The notes under the pieces are model-generated. The model searched no databases and had not been told where the DNA came from. It saw nothing but the letters and a program-made list of their open reading frames with translations. A stretch of DNA of 64,000 nucleotides, from IMG/VR virus record IMGVR_UViG_3300042346_000326, positions 33,381 through 97,380 of that record. The stretch is one strand, 5' to 3'. The stretch is from a virus. Positions 9,220 through 18,118 of this stretch are shown here, piece after piece (position 1 is the stretch's first letter; each line of letters starts with the position of its first letter). The translations under genes and the position numbers were made by a program.

Positions 9220-9385
9220 AACTCCTTTCTTTGTAATAGGAATCGAATGAGGGCAGATACAACTCGCAACGCGTGGTCGAAAGGAGTTCTGTAAGCCCCA
9301 CGAGTGGTCATGGTTGCTCTTAGCGTTGATAGGTCGTAGGGAATGAAAGAACCTACAAGGTCAATCGCTTTGACCCTCACTCGAT
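9220..9385 (-). promoter_or_regulatory. structured intergenic RNA element with anti-SD loop
   Basis: Closing helix 9242-9253/9374-9385 with G-U on the minus strand; 9279-9288 complementary to the RBS at 9220-9229. Confidence 0.55.
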
Positions 9386-9389
9386 ACAT

Positions 9390-9941
9390 TTATTTAGTTA
9401 ATTGTTTGTGAGCGTGGTATCTCCAATTACGAGAACGCTTCACAGTAATAATGTCGTGGCAATTATGACAACGCACTACACACTTTTGTATTTCTTTTTT
9501 AATCTTGTGTAATGGTTGTATGTCACGAATCATGTCAGCGATTGTGTGTTCCTTTTCGCCCCTTGTATGTAGGTGGTCAAAGGTAAGTGAGCGAATGTCG
9601 GAATCTAAAGTCTTTATCACTTGGTTAATTGTCGAAGTTGGAACTTTGCCAGCAAGTAACTTCTTAATGCGAAGTTTCTTTTTGGCGCAATCAACGCAGG
9701 TGTGTTTAGCAAAGTAATTCGCCAAGAACTTATGAATCTCTTTCTTACGGATTCTTCGGTTCTTATACATTCTTTGTAATTGAGCCTTAGTGTTCTTTCG
9801 ATAGTAAGCCTTCTGTCGCTCGCTTTGGCAGGGTCGGCAATAGGGTTGTGTATTGCCGACAACGCCACGAGTCGAACGCTTACGATTGAAAGCGGTAAGT
9901 GATTTACGAGTTTTACAATGACTACAAACTTTTGTTTTCAT
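9390..9941 (-). CDS. HNH-type endonuclease with Zn fingers
   Basis: CSHC..CRPC, CVDC, LTFDH..KCVVRCHNCH. Confidence 0.75.
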   Translation of the reverse strand: MKTKVCSHCKTRKSLTAFNRKRSTRGVVGNTQPYCRPCQSERQKAYYRKNTKAQLQRMYKNRRIRKKEIHKFLANYFAKHTCVDCAKKKLRIKKLLAGKVPTSTINQVIKTLDSDIRSLTFDHLHTRGEKEHTIADMIRDIQPLHKIKKEIQKCVVRCHNCHDIITVKRSRNWRYHAHKQLTK

Positions 9942-10504
9942 TTATTAACCTTTCTCAATCTAAAGTTCCACCTTTGTCTAGCCATTCAGCGAAACAAATT
10001 GGGCAACCTAAACTGATTGCTTTTTCTGCTGGATACTCGTGACCTCTAAAACATTTTTTATTAGTCATAACTCTCCTAACTAAGAACTTTCTGAACGCAG
10101 TTAAAGCAGAACCATAAAACAGATTCGTTATACGAATCCTTTATGTCTTTGCCTGATGTAGTCAATCCTTCCTGATTACAAGAATCGCAAAGCGATAATT
10201 GGTCAGGTGTAACTCTGATTATTTCTACATAACCCACAGTTATTCCCCCTCTCCTTCAATCATTGAGAATGAAGTTCCAATAGCGACCCCGATAAGAGTC
10301 GCTATTGTTACTAATACAAAGAATGTAATCACTTTGTCACCTCATCTATCATCTTTTGGCATGAGCCATAGCCCAAGAAGTTTGCGTAGGGTTTATCGCC
10401 CACATAACAAACATCACGAGTTATGTATGACATAAAGATAAGTAGAAGAGTGGCAGGAATTATTACAAGAACAATCCAACCTCTTCTAGTTAGTTTTGTT
10501 CCAC

Positions 10505-11146
10505 TCATGGCGTTACCTCTTTCGGATACAAGTTAGTCAATGGCAAAGTTTTGTAATGAACATCATTAGCGTTGCTAGGAGTCATGTAAGAAACAATGAA
10601 TCTGCTTCCTGTCGTTGCGACAATCTTGCCTAGTCGTGTTCTACCAAAGGCACGAATCGCAACAACATCACCAATACCAGCATTGAATACATGACTATCA
10701 TCATGGCGAATACTTTGACGATAAGTGATTGCCAACGCTCGCAATTCATCTTTGATTGAATACATAGAAGCAAGTAAGTCAATCTTCTTACGAACTTTCT
10801 TTAGAGCAATTTCAAGATTGTGTGAGCCCCAACCTGTTGTAACGCACCCCTGAGAAAGCCAAGCGAGATTGTATAAATGGTCAAAGAAACCGCCGACTTC
10901 CCAAACGAATGATTCGTATTTAGAAGTTGTGACTCCGTTTGTTGGAGTTGAGAAGTCACGCTTCCACACAACGATTGCGAATCCTTTATAGATTTCACAA
11001 TGGTAATCAGAATCAACGAGCCGACCATGATTCAACCAATTTCCGTCAATTATCTTTCTCTTGAATCTCTCTAAATAAAAAGATTCATCATTTGGAATTG
11101 GCGTTGCGGTAACAACGCCATTCTCTTCTGTAATTGTGTGTGCCAT
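10505..11146 (-). CDS. hypothetical protein
   Basis: 213-aa ORF coupled to the upstream gene. Confidence 0.6.
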   Translation of the reverse strand: MAHTITEENGVVTATPIPNDESFYLERFKRKIIDGNWLNHGRLVDSDYHCEIYKGFAIVVWKRDFSTPTNGVTTSKYESFVWEVGGFFDHLYNLAWLSQGCVTTGWGSHNLEIALKKVRKKIDLLASMYSIKDELRALAITYRQSIRHDDSHVFNAGIGDVVAIRAFGRTRLGKIVATTGSRFIVSYMTPSNANDVHYKTLPLTNLYPKEVTP

Positions 11147-11754
11147 TACGCCACCAAGTCCTTTGCTTCGAGAACCTTCTCGATAAGAGTTTCCATTAGG
11201 GAGAGTTCAACTTGAACAACCGCAAGAGTTTTGTATTCATTATTAACTCTTACATTATTTGTATCGAATTGAACTGATTGTGGAGTTACACGATTGCCAA
11301 GAATCCCTGTCAATGTGTCACGCAAAGAAGTTTCCATACGCTCTTTGTTTGCCTGAGCAATTCGGCGTTCCTCTTCACGCTTTAATTGTTCCTGCTCTGC
11401 TTTCTTGCGTTCTTCTTCCTCTTGGCGTTTCTCTTCATTCCAGCGTGGTTCAAGAGTTGCCCACAACGCAACAATGTCTTGTGGTCGTGCGAGCCAATAC
11501 ATGTCTTGATTGTTTTCCTTAGCAACAACAAGATAGCCAACTGCTCGCTCTCCCTGTTTTGCTTTAACGAATCCTGAATCATCAGGTTGATGTGACCTAA
11601 AAACTTTGTATTCATACTTTGTTAATGACACAAGGTTTGCTTTTACAACATCATTCTTACGAACTCTGTCGGGGTCTTTCTTATCGCGTGATGAGTATTG
11701 CCATGACGGAATGATTGCGTAGTCATGTCCAGCAATTAAATCGGAGAACTTCAT
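11146..11754 (-). CDS. hypothetical protein with coiled coil
   Basis: Start MKFSDL after AGAAAGAGAG RBS; central E/K/R-rich helix. Confidence 0.65.
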   Translation of the reverse strand: MKFSDLIAGHDYAIIPSWQYSSRDKKDPDRVRKNDVVKANLVSLTKYEYKVFRSHQPDDSGFVKAKQGERAVGYLVVAKENNQDMYWLARPQDIVALWATLEPRWNEEKRQEEEERKKAEQEQLKREEERRIAQANKERMETSLRDTLTGILGNRVTPQSVQFDTNNVRVNNEYKTLAVVQVELSLMETLIEKVLEAKDLVA

Positions 11755-11861
11755 TTGTATTACTCTCTTTCTTATTTGTATTTGTTTATTTGTATTTGGA
11801 ATGTGGGGCGTATAAATCTCGTAGATACGCCCCACACTTGTCACCTAGAGAGTGACATTTG

Positions 11862-13790
11862 TTAGTTGGATACAACTCTTCTGCCAATCGCATTACGAAC
11901 GATTGTGCGAGCCATACCAACAAGGTCGAATGGATTACGAATCACCGCACCAACTTCGCAGAAGTGAGCCTTCTCGTGAGTTAGTTCAACTGATTCGTGT
12001 TGGTCAGGAATGTATGCGAACGCAGTTAATACGCCAGCATTATTCATCTTCTTGATTTCAGGGTCACACAAGTTTGTGTCACTCCATTCTCCGTCAGTAA
12101 TTGCGAAGAAAAGTTTGACAGGCTTTTGTGACTCAGCAAGAAGTTTCGTTGAGTATTTGACCGCATACTCAGCAAGAGTGCCACCTGTTGTTCCACAATC
12201 TCTAACAGAATTGTTCGCCCTATCAGAAGCGCGATACAAAGTTGTTGTATGAGAATTGAAAACAATTACAGAGCAGTTAGCACCGATTCTGTCGAGTGCG
12301 AACTTAATCGCATACATGGCGCGATAAGCGTTGCTCGCTTTATCGCCACTCATAGAACCTGAATTGTCGAGAGCGATTACACATTCAATCTCTGTAACAT
12401 CTTCTCTGCCCTCACTCCATTGGTCGAATACTGTGTCTAAATCATCACCACGCATAAAGCGTGAAGCGTTTAATTTGCCACGAGATTCGTATTTATCCCA
12501 AGCAGGGTCGAACTTTGCTTTCAATCTCTCTAACTCACGAGCGAATGAAAGTGAAGCCGATTGTGTTTTGGAATCAGGAAGAACAGAACGATAGCGAGCG
12601 AGTTCAGGCTCTTCTAGTTTGTTAGTAGATAATGCTGATTGACCATTAACAATACGAATCGTGTTCTCAATCTCCTGACGAACAGAATCCTTATCAAGAA
12701 TGTCTGTAATAGCAGTATTAAGAATTGCGATTGTTTTGGTTGTGTCATTACCAGCACTATTACTAGGTGAATCAGATTGCGATTGAGATTGCGATTGAGA
12801 TTGTGAATCAGATTTAGATTGCGATTTAGTTTCGTCAATCGTGGTCTTATCTAATTGTTTAGCGCGTTCGCTATCGCGTGTCTGTTGCTTGGCAGGTTGT
12901 GGGCGCGAGTTGATAGAAGACTCAATGCCTTCTGTTGGTCGCTCACCATGACCCATTGGGCAATTAAGAATGATGTCACCTTTGCCATTTGGATTATTGC
13001 TAGGTGTTGATTCACCTAACAATTCTTTTTCCCAATCAGCAAGGTCAGAGTAATCACGAACATTCTGTTCGCCACTCTCACCTTGTTCGCCACCATTACC
13101 GCCTTCACCATGTCCTGACTTTGGAAGTAAGTTGTAGAAGCGTTCAATAAGTTTCTTACCGAGTTCTGTATCGCGTGGATAAATAAGTGTTCTGTATTCA
13201 TCAACGATTTCAGTTATCTCAGCAACTAATTCCTGATAAGGAAATAGTCGTAGCGATTCTTCACGAATCTCTAGCGGTAAGTATTTGCGCCCACGAAGTA
13301 ATGGATAAGAACTCTTAAATGCGTTCTCATCATTAACAAAGTAAGTCGCAATAGTTACTACGAACCAATCAACAGTTGAAGGGAATCGTGAAGTAAATAA
13401 GGTTTCAATACGCTGGTCTTCTAACGCATTAAACGCCTTGAAGTAATCATTCTCTTTGACCCAAGTAACAATCTCTGAGCCTTGTCGTGGAGTATAAAGA
13501 ATGTGTGACAACTCGTGGAAATTAAGACCACGAAGATTCGCAACACTTACGCCATTGTTAAGGTCGTTGATTAAACGAGAGTTAAGAGTGATGTCACTCG
13601 CACCTGACCAAGCAGGTGCTTCAAGTGAAGCGTGTTCTACTTTGACAGTAATCGGTCTGAAAGTCAGAGCCGAATTAACGCGAGCAAAGTAACGAGTCAA
13701 TCGCTCAACGCGTTGGCGATTGCGCTCATCTTCTTCCTCTTGGATTTTGCGAGCCCGACTAGCGAACTCTTCAATGAATGGAAGTGTCAT
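11862..13790 (-). CDS. VWA-domain protein with N-terminal HExxH metallopeptidase-like domain
   Basis: FHELSHILYT, FNALEDQRIE, MIDAS DNSGS, GGT, TDGE. Confidence 0.85.
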   Translation of the reverse strand: MTLPFIEEFASRARKIQEEEDERNRQRVERLTRYFARVNSALTFRPITVKVEHASLEAPAWSGASDITLNSRLINDLNNGVSVANLRGLNFHELSHILYTPRQGSEIVTWVKENDYFKAFNALEDQRIETLFTSRFPSTVDWFVVTIATYFVNDENAFKSSYPLLRGRKYLPLEIREESLRLFPYQELVAEITEIVDEYRTLIYPRDTELGKKLIERFYNLLPKSGHGEGGNGGEQGESGEQNVRDYSDLADWEKELLGESTPSNNPNGKGDIILNCPMGHGERPTEGIESSINSRPQPAKQQTRDSERAKQLDKTTIDETKSQSKSDSQSQSQSQSQSDSPSNSAGNDTTKTIAILNTAITDILDKDSVRQEIENTIRIVNGQSALSTNKLEEPELARYRSVLPDSKTQSASLSFARELERLKAKFDPAWDKYESRGKLNASRFMRGDDLDTVFDQWSEGREDVTEIECVIALDNSGSMSGDKASNAYRAMYAIKFALDRIGANCSVIVFNSHTTTLYRASDRANNSVRDCGTTGGTLAEYAVKYSTKLLAESQKPVKLFFAITDGEWSDTNLCDPEIKKMNNAGVLTAFAYIPDQHESVELTHEKAHFCEVGAVIRNPFDLVGMARTIVRNAIGRRVVSN

Positions 13791-13796
13791 GGTTTC

Positions 13797-15158
13797 CTAA
13801 CCAATTAGTGATTCGTTATTAACAACATTTGTAATGCCTAAATCTTCTTTTAGATTGTAAGCATTTGCTTCTAACAACATACGAACCGCAGGGCGTTCGT
13901 TTTGGTCGAAGTTATTAACAAAGACTTCGCAAGCGAAATCAAAGTTAAGACCTGTCGCTAACTTCTCAAAGGTTTTGAGAATACGAGTTGAAACAGGTGT
14001 ATCGAAGATTGTGTTGCTATCAGTAATAGCAATTTCGTCAGCACCACGAGAGCGTGACCTCATGCCATAAGCAAGTTCGAGTAATGATTCTGATTTAAGA
14101 ATCTTCTTCTCAATGCTCTTGTCGTAGTTGTAGTTCAACTTAATCTCGAAGCGGTCTTTCCATGCTTCGTTAAGTAATGAAGTGCCACGATAATTTGGAT
14201 TCATGTCAGCGATAATCAACAAGTTGTCATTTGCTTTTACAACTTCGTTGCCATTCTCCATGATTGTAATTGAACGCCGATAATCAAGTAGTGGCATTAG
14301 GAATTGCTGAACATTCTTAGCGAGTGTATTTACTTCACCGATAAGAAGAACACCACCATTACGAACCAATCGTGTAACCGCGCCATCAACCCACGATAAA
14401 GAACCATTAGCGTTTGGAACATAACCGCCAACAATTTGTGTGTAATCAAGAGCAGAGTTAGAAGGAATCGCAAAGTATTGAACGCCAAGTAATGAAGCAA
14501 TCCACATTGAAGATGAAGTCTTACCTGTTCCAGCGTCACCATAAAGAAGAACATTTAGTTTGTTCTTCAATGCGAACTGATACATAGTGAGTTCATCAAC
14601 ATCACCAGCGAATGTGCGTTGAATGTAGTGCGAGAACTCTTCAATCTTTGGAATGAATAGCGAACGCTCTTCAATCGCAACCGATTGAGCAACCTGTGTA
14701 GTAACAGGTTGAATACGGATAACTGAATCGTGAGATACAACAGAGCCTTTAGTAGCGCGTTGCCCACGATTGTCGGTGTAGAACTTTCCTAACTCAGAAG
14801 GATTGTTCTTTACAGTATCGAATAGTGAATCAGCGACAACGATTGCTTCATCACCGAGTGTTTGGTCTGAGAGTGAGTGCTTACGAATTAGTTTCTGTAT
14901 TAGCACTCTTGGAAAACCATTGTCATTGAAATCTTCAATGTCATTAGGTGAAACAGGAATTGCGACAGGCTCGCCAATTAGTTGCTCGCCACTATCGAAT
15001 TGAAACGCGCCCTCTTGCCACGCGTTCTGTTTGCCTTGCTTACCATTTGTGAATCTCCAACGAGTAACAACAGAGTCGTTGAAGTTTGCGATAAATACCT
15101 GACGAGTAACTGATACATCAGCAGGTTGTGACACGATAAGTGTTCCGTAGTTTGTCAT
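13797..15158 (-). CDS. MoxR/CbbQ-type AAA+ ATPase
   Basis: Walker A GDAGTGKT, Walker B LLIGEVN, MNPNYRGT..LNEAWKDRF, VSTR; adjacent to the VWA partner. Confidence 0.88.
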   Translation of the reverse strand: MTNYGTLIVSQPADVSVTRQVFIANFNDSVVTRWRFTNGKQGKQNAWQEGAFQFDSGEQLIGEPVAIPVSPNDIEDFNDNGFPRVLIQKLIRKHSLSDQTLGDEAIVVADSLFDTVKNNPSELGKFYTDNRGQRATKGSVVSHDSVIRIQPVTTQVAQSVAIEERSLFIPKIEEFSHYIQRTFAGDVDELTMYQFALKNKLNVLLYGDAGTGKTSSSMWIASLLGVQYFAIPSNSALDYTQIVGGYVPNANGSLSWVDGAVTRLVRNGGVLLIGEVNTLAKNVQQFLMPLLDYRRSITIMENGNEVVKANDNLLIIADMNPNYRGTSLLNEAWKDRFEIKLNYNYDKSIEKKILKSESLLELAYGMRSRSRGADEIAITDSNTIFDTPVSTRILKTFEKLATGLNFDFACEVFVNNFDQNERPAVRMLLEANAYNLKEDLGITNVVNNESLIG

Positions 15159-15187
15159 TTCTTTTCTTTCTCTAGGTGATTGGTTTG

Positions 15188-15472
15188 TTAGTTGTATTCG
15201 TTGATAGGTGTATCGGGATTGCTGATTACTGATTGAGATTTATTTTCTACATCAGTAAGTGTTTCAATGAGTGACTCGAATTGTTCTTCATTAACAATTC
15301 TTAGTCTGATTACTTCATTCATCTTTTCGATAACAGATTCGAGAGTTTCAATAAAGCCGACAGGTGGCTCGCTTCCATTCTCTACTACTTCTTTTGTTGA
15401 TTGTGCGATTCCCATTAGCCCCATTTGTAAGAAGCCAAGTTCATCTTTTGTGAAGTCGTATAACGGATTCAT
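15188..15472 (-). CDS. hypothetical acidic protein
   Basis: 94-aa ORF with GAAAGGA RBS. Confidence 0.6.
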   Translation of the reverse strand: MNPLYDFTKDELGFLQMGLMGIAQSTKEVVENGSEPPVGFIETLESVIEKMNEVIRLRIVNEEQFESLIETLTDVENKSQSVISNPDTPINEYN

Positions 15473-15557
15473 TTGTTTTCCTTTCGTGGTTCTAACTCAT
15501 TGTGAATCAAGCAGAACCATGACTCTTTGTCGTATGCGACAAGTGTGTGTTCAGTAT

Positions 15558-15680
15558 TCATTTAACGAGCCTTTCTTTGTGGTCTTTACGGACATGATTG
15601 GTAAGAGTTTCAGAAGCGAAACCGCTACGAACCTCTAGTTCTTTGTCGCATACAGGGCATTGAACAATTCTTTGCGCCAT
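15558..15680 (-). CDS. small C2H2 zinc-finger protein (40 aa)
   Basis: MAQRIVQCPVCDKELEVRSGFASETLTNHVRKDH; AAAGGAG RBS; not in the ORF track. Confidence 0.65.
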   Translation of the reverse strand: MAQRIVQCPVCDKELEVRSGFASETLTNHVRKDHKERLVK

Positions 15681-15737
15681 GTAAGTAACTCCTTTTCTCT
15701 GTAATGGGTATTCGGTATTAAGTTGTTTATTCAGTTG

Positions 15738-15911
15738 TTATTTAGTTGTATCTCGATAAGGAGTCCATGTAGTCCAGCGAGATTCGCCTTCTACATTTAT
15801 CCGTAACTTAACTAGGTCGTTGCGAACAGGAACTATCTCTTCAATGATTCCTGTAATGCGTGACTTAGTAGAAGTGAATAAGTCACCGATTGCGTATTTA
15901 TCTTTTTCCAT
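15738..15911 (-). CDS. small SH3-like hypothetical protein (57 aa), first gene of the minus operon
   Basis: MEKDKYAIGDLFTSTKSRITGIIEEI...; GGAAAGAGG RBS; not in the ORF track. Confidence 0.65.
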   Translation of the reverse strand: MEKDKYAIGDLFTSTKSRITGIIEEIVPVRNDLVKLRINVEGESRWTTWTPYRDTTK

Positions 15912-15990
15912 TGTGTTGCCTCTTTCCTTATGTAACCACCGCGATTGTCACCGAATCTCATTCACAGAATCGGTATCGGTGACAATCACA

Positions 15991-16518
15991 GAAAACACAT
16001 AAGCGAAATTACTAAGTATGAATAACTCGTTTATTCAATTACTGTCATTGTTCTTGGAACAGATTGGTTACTGTCGGCACTAACTATTGTTAGCAATCCA
16101 TAGGTAATGAATAACTGAGTTACACAACTTTCCGTAACTCGTCTAAGCCTTCTGCTATTCACAATAACTTTCGTTAATGTTGATTACGATTTATTAGGAG
16201 TGCGCTCTGCTCGCTTGTAACTTTTGTCGCTCGTAATTCGATACGCGGTAAGTTTGAGTATCGAATTAGTTATCGCGGATACAAGGTCTTCGCATAGAAG
16301 TCACTTCGTGCGTTCCGTTATTCGTAATTTAATTTAGTCGCGTAATGCGTAAATCATTTTGCCAATTTAATTTTGAGTATCACTCGCGGTCTTATGACCT
16401 ATTAAGTAAATTGAATAACTGCCGATAGTAAATTGGGATAATCACAATTACTAAATCGTCATAACAGTTTTTGCGTAATGAATCTAAATCGCAGATTCTT
16501 AGTCACTATGTAATTTTC
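15991..16518 (-). ncRNA. large (~520 nt) multi-helix structured RNA candidate
   Basis: No ORF; many local and long-range helices; UAAC-GAAA-GUUA tetraloop hairpin on the minus strand; pairs with 7373-7425. Confidence 0.75.
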
Positions 16519-17491
16519 TAAGTTCGAGTGGGTTCTTTGGAGAGCCTCTCGGCTCTACCTCTGACCACGCCCCAAGTATGCCATAGATTGACCGACTCAG
16601 TTTGCCACCCCTATTAAGAGCGTGTTTATGGGGCTTTTAGCCCCTAGAGCCCCTGCCCCCCAAGTAACCCACCTGCTATCACCACCGCTTCAGAAGAGTT
16701 AGTTAGTGAATGAGCGTGAGCCCCCACATAACTAATCGCGCCAAAGAGTTTTTCTTTTCAGTAATGACTAATACAAAGATAGTAATAGATAGATAGAAGT
16801 TAATAATAGAGATAGATAAATACCCACATAAGTAACTCGGTAACTACACTCAATTAGTCAATAATCAAATAAACACATAACAAAGTTTGTAATAGCAAAT
16901 AATTAAGTAACTTCTGACCTTCTGCTGTCGTATCTAAGCGTAGAAGAGTAAAAAGTAAGTAACTCCGCCGTTTAATTCTGGAAGTTACTTACTGACTAAC
17001 TCAGATAGCCCGTAACTAACTAGCCACCACCACCGCCATAACCGCCACCTGATACATCTTGTCGTTACAAGGAGAAGTGACTCATCTACCTACTAGGGAA
17101 TAACTGAGTTAGTCATAGTGATAGAAGATAATTGAAACAATTAGTAATAGATACATAACAACACATAACTAATAACGCGTTGCGTTACTAATGCGTGATT
17201 ATGTGATAACAACTGACTAGGTGACTCGTTGGCTTGGTGGTATCCGCACAGACCATGTTGCTAAATAAACAGTAGCCGAAGTGTTGTCACCAAAGTTGTC
17301 ACCAAGTTATTTGTTACACCTGATAACAACGCATGAGTTGAACAACAACCACCTGATTAGTAGTCAGGTGGTAGGTGTTCTCATGTGTAACTAACAACAA
17401 CCCCCCCACCATTAAACGGAAAACGCCAAATGAACAGCCAGGTGAGACACATGGTTGAGGGGTTGGGGCCAGGGCAGTAGCCAAAAGACGG

Positions 17492-17761
17492 CTAGTGGCC
17501 CTCGTCAATGGTCCACGCCTTATGGGTAGGAGAGTCCTTTATCATCTTTACGGTCTTATAGCCTGTAAGCCATTTAAGGGCATCCTTTAACGCCTGGTCT
17601 GATGTCTTAGATTGCCCTTTCATATACGTATAAGGCTGCTGTATCTCTGGATTAGTGGGGTATTCATGCCAACAGTCAGTTCTGATTCCCCAATGCCACA
17701 CAGATTTACGGTTTGTAACGAGGATTGTAAATTGGCCATTCACACATTTAGTGTAGTACAT
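17492..17761 (-). CDS. hypothetical protein (MYYTKC...)
   Basis: Isolated ORF between two 19-nt direct repeats. Confidence 0.45.
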   Translation of the reverse strand: MYYTKCVNGQFTILVTNRKSVWHWGIRTDCWHEYPTNPEIQQPYTYMKGQSKTSDQALKDALKWLTGYKTVKMIKDSPTHKAWTIDEGH

Positions 17762-17812
17762 GCTAGTGCGGTTGACGATGTGGGGCCAAGGCAGTAGCCG
17801 TAAACTAGCCAC

Positions 17813-18118
17813 ATGGCAGACTTTCTTAGCAGAGTGCAGTTCAAAAATCACTCTACTCCCTATGAGGACAAGATTGGGGCCCATTTAGGCAAGCAGCAGG
17901 TTGGATGGCTAGACCTTGATAAAGATACGGGTGTAGTTAATGAGGTATATGTTAAGGAGCAGCACCAGGGTAAGGGTATCGCCACAGGCATGTGGAAGCA
18001 CGCCCAGGAGTCTGGCTTAAATCCAAGACATTCTGATACTCGTTCCGAGTCTGGAGATGCTTGGGCGCAATCTCTTTATCAAAAGGGACTGGCTCCAGAA
18101 CCAGAGAGTATGGAATAA
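17813..18118 (+). CDS. GNAT acetyltransferase
   Basis: VYVKEQHQGKGIATGMW acetyl-CoA motif A; N-terminal FLSRVQF. Confidence 0.8.
   Translation: MADFLSRVQFKNHSTPYEDKIGAHLGKQQVGWLDLDKDTGVVNEVYVKEQHQGKGIATGMWKHAQESGLNPRHSDTRSESGDAWAQSLYQKGLAPEPESME

Noticed and set aside
9216-9389. N-terminal extension of the 8559-9389 ORF
   Set aside because: Family-typical MPNWC start with a strong RBS at 9215; the upstream part is better explained as structured RNA
5366-15911. Independent prophage or satellite inserted in the phage
   Set aside because: No flanking att direct repeats, replication or packaging genes seen; gene content fits a phage early region. Not fully excluded
15991-16518. Canonical group I or group II intron
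   Set aside because: No interrupted host gene and no domain V motif seen; the GACUA/UAGUC pair is the terminal helix rather than an internal P7. A permuted form is not excluded
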